This document shows positions 40,593 through 48,824 of a DNA stretch of 64,000 nt, piece after piece. The DNA is taken from assembly GCA_039810425.1 (NCBI GenBank), contig JBDHWW010000014.1, positions 1 to 64,000 of the forward strand, in the 5' to 3' direction. Every line of letters begins with the position of its first letter. The first letter of the stretch is position 1. The DNA is from Pseudobdellovibrionaceae bacterium (GTDB lineage: Bacteria; Bdellovibrionota; Bdellovibrionia; Bdellovibrionales; Bdellovibrionaceae). Under the pieces are notes generated by a model, which saw nothing but the letters and a program-made list of their open reading frames with translations, made no database searches and had not been told where the DNA came from. The position numbers and the translations under genes are program-made.

Positions 40593-41180
40593 CTATTTAC
40601 TTTCTCCCATTTTCTTTAAAAGCTCGCTCACTTGGGCATCTGTTACGATTGAAGCATTCTGACAAGTGCCTTTGCTGCCAGGGAAAATCTCTGTACATTG
40701 GCGGCCCGCATCGGCTTGAGCCATCGGCGCGCTCACATCGAGGCTACAGCTGTGCTGAACAGCGAAGGCGTTAATCAATTTCAAGCAGGCATTCTCGGAC
40801 ATACACACGCGCACGGATGAAGAGTTGCCTGGCTGCACATAAAGATCATAACCCAATACGATCTTTTTATTTGGATGTAACATCTGGCACTCAACCAAAC
40901 CGCTGGCCGCAGCGCCGTCCGAAGTTTTACCTTTTCCACCGGAAATTGTCCCATCAGATATTGGACTATCCTTTGGATCGCCCTTTTCATCGTCCACGGG
41001 AAGCGCCGCCACCTGGCCGTCGTCGCCAGTGGTGTGACCGTCAGAAATCGTTTCAGCTTTCAATACGGCACCGCCTAAGTCGGAGCTGAAGTGAGTTTGT
41101 GAACAGTTTTGATAACCGAACAAAACAACCAGCATAAGGCTTGTAGACGTAAGGTAAAAAGAAAGCTTATTCCATTTCAT
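40593..41180 (-). CDS. Cys-rich lipoprotein-like protein with YQNC motif
   Basis: MKWNK...LVVLFGYQN-C, flexible linker, C-terminal domain with six Cys. Confidence 0.75.
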   Translation of the reverse strand: MKWNKLSFYLTSTSLMLVVLFGYQNCSQTHFSSDLGGAVLKAETISDGHTTGDDGQVAALPVDDEKGDPKDSPISDGTISGGKGKTSDGAAASGLVECQMLHPNKKIVLGYDLYVQPGNSSSVRVCMSENACLKLINAFAVQHSCSLDVSAPMAQADAGRQCTEIFPGSKGTCQNASIVTDAQVSELLKKMGESK

Positions 41181-41214
41181 GACATTCCCCCTGTTACATG
41201 AACTAATATTAGGA

Positions 41215-41242
41215 AGACGAGTCGCCCCGAGGATTCGTTTCC
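41215..41242 (-). promoter_or_regulatory. ECF-sigma-type promoter before the YQNC lipoprotein
   Basis: GGAAAC-N17-CGTCT, same geometry as 38366-38393. Confidence 0.65.
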
Positions 41243-41392
41243 ATCTTTTTTTAATATTTCAAAGAACGGCCGCCCAAAACGTCACTTCGTTAGAAAAAAA
41301 CGCCCCATCCCAAGACGTCTCAAAGAGAGCCATGCCTGCCCTTTCAAGTGCCTGAATTCCGACCAAAAAACCGCTGTTTCAGAGCGAAACAC

Positions 41393-41407
41393 TGGCACCC
41401 CCGTTGC
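41393..41407 (+). promoter_or_regulatory. Sigma54 -24/-12 promoter
   Basis: TGGCAC-CCCCG-TTGC, 45 nt before ATG 41453. Confidence 0.8.
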
Positions 41408-41452
41408 TCTACTAAAGAGTATCAAACGAATTTTTAAACATAGGGGGATTCC

Positions 41453-42193
41453 ATGACAACACAAACAGCACTTAAAACAGCTCTTCTTTTCACGGTTCTG
41501 GCGATGCTCACAGCTTGCGGTGCTCAGAACACCGACACCTCTAGCGATTTCGCCAGCCGCACACCCGTGACCGCAACGACTTTACAACCTGTCGGTACGA
41601 CGGTATTGTACTGTAATCAAGGAGCCAAAAACGGTCTCGCTGCGAAGCTCATGGTGTATACCGATGCCGCCAACCAAGTTCGCAACGACTATATGAAATT
41701 AAAATTCACTCAAATGCCCGCAAGCTTCGGCTCGGGTGACTACATTCAGCTTTTCCGCTGGCAAGCAAACCCCTCGAACACGGTTTATATAGACCCGACG
41801 CCGGTGCAAGCGCGCTTTGAGACACTGGACGGCCGCTTGATCACAAACTTCTCATCGTCGCTTTATTGGGGCCAAGTTTCCGCAATCGCCGCAGCTTGGG
41901 GTATTAGCGACGTCAATGCCTTTTTCCAAAATGTCCGCTTAGTCGTTGATATCCGTGACCCTCAAGCAAACTTTGATGCTTTGAAAATCGCGATGTACAA
42001 CACCAGCAATACCAATACCATCAACATGGACATGTTGCTGCCAGCTTTCGCCGCAAGCCCAAGCGTTTATGCAAATGATGGCGGCGCGGTTCGTTCAAAC
42101 TCTTTACAAAAGCTCCACCCGTTCGCGGCGTATATCAATCAAGCCTACACTCCCGACCAATTCCTCAGTATGGGCAGCAGCTTCTGTTTTTAG
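41453..42193 (+). CDS. Hypothetical lipoprotein
   Basis: Lipobox LTA-C; RBS AGGGGG. Confidence 0.8.
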   Translation: MTTQTALKTALLFTVLAMLTACGAQNTDTSSDFASRTPVTATTLQPVGTTVLYCNQGAKNGLAAKLMVYTDAANQVRNDYMKLKFTQMPASFGSGDYIQLFRWQANPSNTVYIDPTPVQARFETLDGRLITNFSSSLYWGQVSAIAAAWGISDVNAFFQNVRLVVDIRDPQANFDALKIAMYNTSNTNTINMDMLLPAFAASPSVYANDGGAVRSNSLQKLHPFAAYINQAYTPDQFLSMGSSFCF

Positions 42194-43098
42194 TGCGAGC
42201 TTTCCTGGACGACCTCTTCAGCCTGAAGATTCTCACCCTGGCGGTAACGATCGACCAGGGTGTTGTCGTTTGTGGGGAATGAGAACAGCAGCGAATGCAC
42301 ATTGCTCGTATCATCCTCTTGGGTGACAACGATATAGGCCAGGTCCTTCACCGTTTCATGATCCGGGTATTCCTTGATAAAGGTCACAAGCACATTCCCC
42401 TCAAGGTCGTTCTTGCGCCAGATCTCGTCGGCATTTTCGATGGTATCTTCACGCAGGTCGACAAAGTCACGGAACTTGGATTGATCGATATCCTTTTCGC
42501 TGCGCACCTTCATCATGGCGGTGTAAAGTCCCATCGAAAGTGGGTCGCCCTCGCCAAGGGCGTCCCCGTCGATTGCGCCATCTTGGACGTATTCGTATTT
42601 CTTATCGTAAACCAGGTCACCGCGCTGGTAGTTCTGCAGAACGCGGAGGTCTTTGGTCGGAAAGTGAATAAACACAAAGCTTGGATAGGATTCTTCCGAA
42701 GTGACATAGGCAATCGCCACGTAATGGAAAACCTGGTTGCCCACCTCAAATGAGCGGACAAAGTGATGGATCGGCAGTTCCGGAAAGGTTTTCGTGTCTT
42801 GCCAAATCTCATCCGGCTCATCCAGAGTGCTTTCAAGGTAATCTTGAAGCCCCAGTTGCTCTTCATCCGTGAAATCCTCTCCAGACCGGACGGATTGGTA
42901 CTCCTCTTCGAGGGTACGGATGCTTTGCTCAAAGTAACCAAACAAATCAGTCTCGTTCTCAAAGATAAGCCCGTTGGCCTCGTCGATAACGATATATTCC
43001 TTCTCGGGACTGGACTTCACAGACGTCACTTTCTTAGCGCCGCGAGATTTAGATCTTCCCTTACTTGCCGTCGACTGTCCTGCTTTTACTTTTGCCAT
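42190..43098 (-). CDS. Acidic protein with an internally duplicated domain (possible PBECR/RelE-like fold)
   Basis: TLDEPDEIW...FP T.D...YQRGD repeated as TIENADEIW...FPT.D...YRQGE. Confidence 0.7.
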   Translation of the reverse strand: MAKVKAGQSTASKGRSKSRGAKKVTSVKSSPEKEYIVIDEANGLIFENETDLFGYFEQSIRTLEEEYQSVRSGEDFTDEEQLGLQDYLESTLDEPDEIWQDTKTFPELPIHHFVRSFEVGNQVFHYVAIAYVTSEESYPSFVFIHFPTKDLRVLQNYQRGDLVYDKKYEYVQDGAIDGDALGEGDPLSMGLYTAMMKVRSEKDIDQSKFRDFVDLREDTIENADEIWRKNDLEGNVLVTFIKEYPDHETVKDLAYIVVTQEDDTSNVHSLLFSFPTNDNTLVDRYRQGENLQAEEVVQESSH

Positions 43099-43304
43099 CT
43101 ATTCATTTGCCCCTGTCAGAGTGACCAGACTCATTATCAGTGATTCCTCGACAGAGTCACAAGGTTAAAAGCTCCCTCCATGACAAACACTGTCATGCTT
43201 GATGTTTTTGTCTTGCAAGGAGAATTCTTTTTCTTCACCATTTGTTTAAGACCATCGCAAGGAGGCGGGTTTTGTCAATTATCGAAGAAAAAAGCTTGGA
43301 GCGC

Positions 43305-43589
43305 ATGGAAGCTCTTCTTTCTCATTCGGCCATGGGTGTGCACGTACTCTTCGACAATAAATCCATCGCGGATGTTCTCAGTCAGGTGAAAGACGACAAA
43401 GACTTTTACGACTTCAACAAGATGAAGAAAGTCCAAGACGTGATGACTGAGCTGATCGCGAAACGCACCTATATCGAGAAAGTGGCTTACTTGAAATCCT
43501 TGGAGCAAGAGGCTTACGAAATGGTAGTTCGCGCGTATTTCCACATCGTTGAAAGTACCGCTCGTGCCAACCAGGACTTAGCTCACTAA
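43305..43589 (+). CDS. Small hypothetical protein
   Basis: ATG 43305 after GGAG; helical. Confidence 0.65.
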   Translation: MEALLSHSAMGVHVLFDNKSIADVLSQVKDDKDFYDFNKMKKVQDVMTELIAKRTYIEKVAYLKSLEQEAYEMVVRAYFHIVESTARANQDLAH

Positions 43590-43778
43590 GTCAGCTCACG
43601 GGGGCGGCTCGGCTCTCGCGCAATCTATTTTCTAAACCGGCAACTCGCTTCGGAGCTGCTTGGAATGAATTTCCCTTTTTTGGGCAGACCGCCTCATGCC
43701 AGAGCGGACCCGAAACGCGAAAATAATTCTTAAAATATTCCAAACACTTACCACAAAAACCTCGACTTTCACCCAAGC

Positions 43779-43806
43779 TTTAGTTTCCCCCCGCACGATC
43801 CGATAG
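43779..43806 (+). promoter_or_regulatory. Putative sigma28-type promoter
   Basis: TTTAG-N15-TCCGATAG, 6 nt before ATG 43813. Confidence 0.6.
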
Positions 43807-43812
43807 AGGAAC

Positions 43813-44148
43813 ATGCGAAGACTTCTTGGTAGCTTGATTTTCGTGATTTGCAGTCTCAGCGTGATGGCTCTCGCGGAGTACCGTATGTTCACACTGAAGA
43901 TCACCAACACCCAGACGAAGGACTATCGCTTGGTCGATAGCACTCTCGATCCTATTCAATACCCCTACTATCACACTGTCCATAAAGACGAAATCGTCCA
44001 ATACACCGATACCTGGCGCTGCTATGGGGACACCGGAGGCTTCAAACCACCATGCCCGAACCCACACCTAAGAGACGGCGCCGCTCAAGCCCAGACCGCA
44101 GAGGGCTCTGAGCAAAACCAAGGCCCAGCACCAAGCGCGAATCCTTAG
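43813..44148 (+). CDS. Small secreted hypothetical protein
   Basis: Signal peptide ending ALA-E; W.C.GDT...CP motif. Confidence 0.7.
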   Translation: MRRLLGSLIFVICSLSVMALAEYRMFTLKITNTQTKDYRLVDSTLDPIQYPYYHTVHKDEIVQYTDTWRCYGDTGGFKPPCPNPHLRDGAAQAQTAEGSEQNQGPAPSANP

Positions 44149-44211
44149 AGCGTTCCCCTAAAAAATGCTATTCTATGATTGAAACGACTTTTCCAGGAAG
44201 GAGATGCGTTC

Positions 44212-45507
44212 ATGTCCGTAGAGTCTTCTAAAGCCCGTCGTAACCAGCAGGCCGACCTGAGCGATCTTCAATCTGAGTACGCCCAGAAAAAGAAAAAGTA
44301 TGCGCGTGAGCAAGAAGAGCAACTCGACGATTTGAAAGACTATTACAACGGCCGCAAAGAAGAGACTCGCGAACAGGGCGAGGCGGCCATCAATCATATT
44401 CGCAAACGCCAAAGCGAAAACGTCGCCGCCACCGAAGAAAGCCGACACGAAATCAATGAGCGCGGCCAGAAGCAACTCAATGAGATGGAGACCGACTATC
44501 GCAAAAAGATGGCCGACACGCGGCTGAAGCGTCAAGCACAGTTGGATGAAACCCGTGCGAACAGCCGCGGCAAGATCAACGAAATCACTGAAAACCAAGA
44601 ACAAAAAGTTCAAAAGGTTCGCGAAGAAGCCACGAAAGAAATTCAGACCGTCAAAGATAAATACAATAAAGAACTCCACAGCACCCAAGAGTTCACGGAC
44701 AAGCGTCTTGCGCAGATTAAAGACACCAATCAGACCGCCGTTAAGAATGAGCAGGAAAAAGGCCGTCAGGTGCAGACAAAGCTCCACGAAAATCTGCAAA
44801 AAGAATACGCTTTCACCAATGAAACCGGCGAAAAGCGCATTAACGAACGCAAAGCCATTCAAGATACTCAGTACAACCGCCAAGAAAACGAGTACGACAG
44901 GCGCTTTCATCAACAGCAAGATCAATGGGACGCACGCGAAAAAGGCCAGAACGAGCAGTACCAAAACCGCATTGCCCACAGCCAAAAAGCCTATGAAAAT
45001 CAGCTCAAAGATCAGTACGATCGCTTTGAATCCGTTTACCAAAAAAACAGCGAAGCCAACCGCGAGTCTTTGAATATTCAAAAAGGCAACTTGCTCAAGG
45101 AACAAGTTGAAATGAAGAAAAAGTTCTTCAAAGAAAGCGAAAAGTACGCCGGCAAAGAAGACGATCCATTCTACAAGCTTCAGGATCGTGGCAACCGCTT
45201 GCGCGAAAATCCGGACTTCTACATCATTGAAGCTTATGTTCCACACCATGAAAAAGACAACATCAAAGTCACGATCAAAGATGATGTCGCTTCGATCTCA
45301 GGTAAGCGTGCCTTCAAAGATCAGGTCGAAGAAGAAGGACGCAAGCTTTCCACCAGCAACTATCAGACCTTCCGCGAAGACTTCAACTTTGAAAAACCGG
45401 TCATCACCGAGGGCATGACCCGCGAGCGCAACGGCGACTATGTGACCTTCTGGGTGCCAAAATTGAATAGCTTTGACGGAGTTCGTAAACTCAGCAAAAA
45501 AGTTTAG
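44212..45507 (+). CDS. Long coiled-coil protein with C-terminal Hsp20/alpha-crystallin-like domain
   Basis: RBS AAGGAG; Q/E/K/R-rich helix; C-terminus YIIEAYVP..EKDNIKVT...ISGKR...TFREDF...GDYVTFWVPK. Confidence 0.75.
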   Translation: MSVESSKARRNQQADLSDLQSEYAQKKKKYAREQEEQLDDLKDYYNGRKEETREQGEAAINHIRKRQSENVAATEESRHEINERGQKQLNEMETDYRKKMADTRLKRQAQLDETRANSRGKINEITENQEQKVQKVREEATKEIQTVKDKYNKELHSTQEFTDKRLAQIKDTNQTAVKNEQEKGRQVQTKLHENLQKEYAFTNETGEKRINERKAIQDTQYNRQENEYDRRFHQQQDQWDAREKGQNEQYQNRIAHSQKAYENQLKDQYDRFESVYQKNSEANRESLNIQKGNLLKEQVEMKKKFFKESEKYAGKEDDPFYKLQDRGNRLRENPDFYIIEAYVPHHEKDNIKVTIKDDVASISGKRAFKDQVEEEGRKLSTSNYQTFREDFNFEKPVITEGMTRERNGDYVTFWVPKLNSFDGVRKLSKKV

Positions 45508-45538
45508 CTCTCGCCGTTTTTCCTGGTAGTCTTTGGCC

Positions 45539-46324
45539 ATGACACCGGCCTCATGGAATCTCGAAAACAGAAACGCATTAGTCTGTGGTGCTTCTCAAGG
45601 TATCGGAGAAGCCGCGGCAAAACTTCTTGCGGAGCGCGGCGCCCGCATCGTAGCTCTCGCCCGCAGCGCAGACAGGCTCGCGGCGCTGACTAAAAGCCTG
45701 CCCGGCAAAGGCCACAAGTACTTCGTCATTGATTTCGCCGATACCGAAAAATTGCAATCTGAAATCGCGCCCCTCATCGCAAAGGAAAATATTCAGATTC
45801 TGATTAACAATGCGGTGGGCCCTAAAGGCGGCCTGTTATCAGAAGCCAAACCTGAAGAGTTCGATGCCCCTTTGCGGGTTCACCTGCTGGCTTCGCACAT
45901 TCTGACCCAGGCTTGTTTGCCAGCAATGAAGGCCGCGAACCATGGCCGTATTGTCAACATCATCTCTACCTCCGTGAAAACGCCGATTCCAAATCTCGGG
46001 GTCTCCAACACGGTTCGTGGCGCAATGGCCAATTGGTCCAAGACTCTTGCCGGTGAACTGGCGGCTTTCAATATCACGGTAAATAATATTTTACCTGGCT
46101 ACATCCGCACAGAGCGCTTTAGTTCTTTGGTCGAGGCCTCGGCGCAGCAAAGAAAGGTCCCGAGCGAAGACATTGAAAATCAATGGCAAGAGGCAATCCC
46201 GATGAAAAGAATCGGCGAACCTTTGGAAGTTGCCGAGGCCATTGCGTTTCTCACCAGTCCTGCGGCATCCTATATTACGGGAATCAACATCCCGGTGGAT
46301 GGCGGACGAACACCTTCTTTGTAA
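45539..46324 (+). CDS. SDR oxidoreductase
   Basis: [22 protein letters not shown] and [12 protein letters not shown] motifs. Confidence 0.88.
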   Translation: MTPASWNLENRNALVCGASQGIGEAAAKLLAERGARIVALARSADRLAALTKSLPGKGHKYFVIDFADTEKLQSEIAPLIAKENIQILINNAVGPKGGLLSEAKPEEFDAPLRVHLLASHILTQACLPAMKAANHGRIVNIISTSVKTPIPNLGVSNTVRGAMANWSKTLAGELAAFNITVNNILPGYIRTERFSSLVEASAQQRKVPSEDIENQWQEAIPMKRIGEPLEVAEAIAFLTSPAASYITGINIPVDGGRTPSL

Positions 46325-46339
46325 CTTGATGGAGCCCCT

Positions 46340-47101
46340 ATGAAATTTCTGACCCTGAGCTTGGTATTTTTCGTTAGCGTTTCCGCATTTGCCGAGGAGA
46401 CAAAACAAACTTTCAAAATTTTCGGCACCGAAGGCCCCTTTTCTCCGATGAAAGAGGCCGCCGATGCTTTTGCAGCAAGCAACAACCTTAAAGTCGAAAT
46501 CACCGGTAAGGCGGTTGAAAAATGGAAAACCGCTGCGGCGAAAGACGCCGACATTATCTACGGCAGTTCTGAAAACGTGATGGACACCTACAACGACACG
46601 CTATCAATATTGGATGCCGGCACAATCACAACGGTCTTCATGCGAGCGGCGGTGATTCTGGTCCGCCCGGGCAATCCAAAAAAAATCAAAGGCATAAAAG
46701 ACCTCATTCATCGCGACCTCAAAGTCGTTATCGTTAACGGCCAGGGCCAAGTGGCTTTGTGGGAAGATATTGTTGGCCGACTCAAGGACATCGAGGCGAT
46801 GCAAGAGTTCCGCAAGCATATTGCATTTACCGCGCGCACCACCTCAGAGGCGATGCAGTACTGGAAAAATCACGAGGAAGTCGAAGCATTTCTGACATTC
46901 AAAACATGGGGTCAAGACGAAGGCCTCTCGGCGGATATCGTGAACATCGAAAAAGATTTAGCCATCTATAGAAGCCTGGGCGTTGCCGTGACGAGCATTA
47001 CCAATCAGCGGGAAACTGCGTTGAAATTCATTGATTACTTAAAGACCCGTGAAGCGGAGAAAATTTTTAAGGCTAAAGGTTGGTTTAAAAAAGAAAAGTA
47101 A
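46340..47101 (+). CDS. AcfC/PEB3-like periplasmic substrate-binding protein
   Basis: Signal peptide; DADIIYGSSE, ILVRPGNPKKIKGIKDL, WEDIVGR, FRKHI and IYR motifs. Confidence 0.8.
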   Translation: MKFLTLSLVFFVSVSAFAEETKQTFKIFGTEGPFSPMKEAADAFAASNNLKVEITGKAVEKWKTAAAKDADIIYGSSENVMDTYNDTLSILDAGTITTVFMRAAVILVRPGNPKKIKGIKDLIHRDLKVVIVNGQGQVALWEDIVGRLKDIEAMQEFRKHIAFTARTTSEAMQYWKNHEEVEAFLTFKTWGQDEGLSADIVNIEKDLAIYRSLGVAVTSITNQRETALKFIDYLKTREAEKIFKAKGWFKKEK

Positions 47102-47112
47102 GAAGGCCGAGC

Positions 47113-47346
47113 TTAGTCGGCCTTCATCATGTAACGGATTTCGCGGTTCAAGAAAGTTAAACGCGAGGTGAGATCCGTTAGAACTTGCAAATTCGTTTTC
47201 AGCTGAGTCAAAGCATCCATCTCGAGAACTGGAGTGTCCTCCATCTCGTGATAGGAACGGTGCTCAGCCAGGGAATCCACCATCAGCTCAGCTTCCATGA
47301 CGTCAGCGATTTGCAGATTTTCAGCATTCTTTTCGTTTAATCTCAT
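47113..47346 (-). CDS. Small hypothetical protein
   Basis: RBS AAGGAG; C-terminal coiled helix. Confidence 0.6.
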   Translation of the reverse strand: MRLNEKNAENLQIADVMEAELMVDSLAEHRSYHEMEDTPVLEMDALTQLKTNLQVLTDLTSRLTFLNREIRYMMKAD

Positions 47347-47450
47347 CTGCACTCCTTTGTTTTCGTTAGCGCACAATCAACAAGTCTAGTGACATTCGTT
47401 TGGGCTCTTCAACTTAAATAATCTTACATAAATTATTTACAAGATGAGAG

Positions 47451-48074
47451 CTAGTACTCACATTGCAGAGCCGATTTGTCCGTCGCCGCAACGTTCACGC
47501 GATCCGTATTGCTCGCCAGGTAAGTGGCCATCACACTGCTATCGCGATCTTTATGTTTTAAACCCAATACATGGCCCATTTCATGAATAACCAAGGCCTC
47601 AATGTTAACTGAATTTGGAGCGGACGTTGATGCGACTCCGGGCTGATTCCAGTAATAGGTGAAATTCTTAGCATTGATTCGCATATCAGCTTCTTTGACC
47701 TGATCTCCGATCCAGTAGATCGAAGTGCGAGCCTGCTCTGAGTTCTTATCTGACTCCCAAGAATCGAAAAAGTATATAATATTTCTTCCATCTTTCTGGG
47801 GATTGATGGGCCCCGTCACTCTCTGATCAGGAACGATTTTGATCAAACGCTTTCCTGTTGCGTCCTGCCAGGTGGCCGCTGCCGCCTCGATGGCGCCCAC
47901 ATATTGTTGAGGGACAGATTCATGCAGATACATGGTCACAGGCACTTCGCCTTTCCATGAGATGCGTTCACCATAGACGTTCTGAACAAAACCGCAGTCT
48001 TCTTGCGATTTTGGCGCACAGCCTTGCAGGCCAAACGCAATCAGGACGAGTAAGAAGCTGAAATACTTCCGCAT
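47451..48074 (-). CDS. Matrixin-family (metzincin) metalloprotease lipoprotein
   Basis: Lipobox LQG-C; HEMGHVLGLKH; Met-turn SVM. Confidence 0.9.
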   Translation of the reverse strand: MRKYFSFLLVLIAFGLQGCAPKSQEDCGFVQNVYGERISWKGEVPVTMYLHESVPQQYVGAIEAAAATWQDATGKRLIKIVPDQRVTGPINPQKDGRNIIYFFDSWESDKNSEQARTSIYWIGDQVKEADMRINAKNFTYYWNQPGVASTSAPNSVNIEALVIHEMGHVLGLKHKDRDSSVMATYLASNTDRVNVAATDKSALQCEY

Positions 48075-48102
48075 GGATAGAGTCTCCTACAGCTAATCCT
48101 TA

Positions 48103-48117
48103 GCATGTCCCAAGCCA
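48103..48117 (-). promoter_or_regulatory. Possible sigma54 promoter of the matrixin gene
   Basis: TGGC-N8-TGC with correct spacing but degenerate inner bases. Confidence 0.4.
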
Positions 48118-48463
48118 GCTCATTCCAAGCGCCTATTTTATCTATAAATATATGATTTAACTTATATTTTTTATTTCTTCAATTTCTTTCCTTTTGCCAT
48201 CTGTAACTACTCCAGCTTTGAGAGCGCATCGGTAAAATACCTAAGTGCTGATTTTACTTATGGAAAAGTACTGTCGAGTTTCTAACAGGGCGTGGGACGT
48301 GAATTGTTCCGGGGTGCTGGTCTCATATAAGAAAAAATTGGGGAGTCCATAACCCCATGGCTAGAGGCAAAAGCACACTGTATTTAGCCACTTACAGAAC
48401 CTAGCCCAACATCCAGAGTGACACCACTCAGGTAACTTATCGAAATAACTACGAATCTCAATT

Positions 48464-48478
48464 TGGTACAGCCCTTGC
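48464..48478 (+). promoter_or_regulatory. Sigma54 -24/-12 promoter with no adjacent CDS
   Basis: TGGTAC-AGCCC-TTGC. Confidence 0.7.
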
Positions 48479-48489
48479 TTAAGCATATC

Positions 48490-48765
48490 TATAACTTACC
48501 CAGCTCCTTCCGCGGTCGCGGAAACCTAGAGGGCTGACCATCCAACCTAGAAACCCTACCCATCGGCCGGAGGAAGCGAAAAGCTCCCCACCCCGGCTTC
48601 GCGCGCCGAAAAGGTACCAGGTCGCTTTTCGGAATTGACTTGGGGCCGGAGAGGGGGGGATGGCCCGAGAGGGCCGCAGTGCCCTGAGTGCCGAGCTCCT
48701 GCCGCTCGCGCAGAACAAACAAACTCCAGATCAAAAAAAAATCCTCGACTGGGATCTTTTGCCTT
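48490..48765 (+). ncRNA. Candidate structured non-coding RNA of unknown family
   Basis: Follows the sigma54 promoter; GC-rich; several hairpins including GGCCC-GAGA-GGGCC; no plus-strand ORF of 60 aa or more. Confidence 0.45.
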
Positions 48766-48824
48766 TTTCAGATTTCTTTTATAATTAGAACCTCTCCAAA
48801 ACTCTTAAATAGAAGGAAACTCCT

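Noticed and set aside
44173..45249. 358-aa hydrophobic ORF on the minus strand
   Set aside because: Antisense shadow of the K/E/Q-rich coiled-coil gene; the hydrophobicity is a codon artefact
48560..48590. GGCCGGAGGAAGC resembles the SRP RNA loop or RNase P core
   Set aside because: Lacks CAGG/AGCAG and the GNRA loop of SRP, and lacks GAGGAAAGUCC of RNase P
48479..48734. Two short minus-strand ORFs in the intergenic region
   Set aside because: No RBS or recognisable motif; GC-rich hairpin DNA lacks stops by chance
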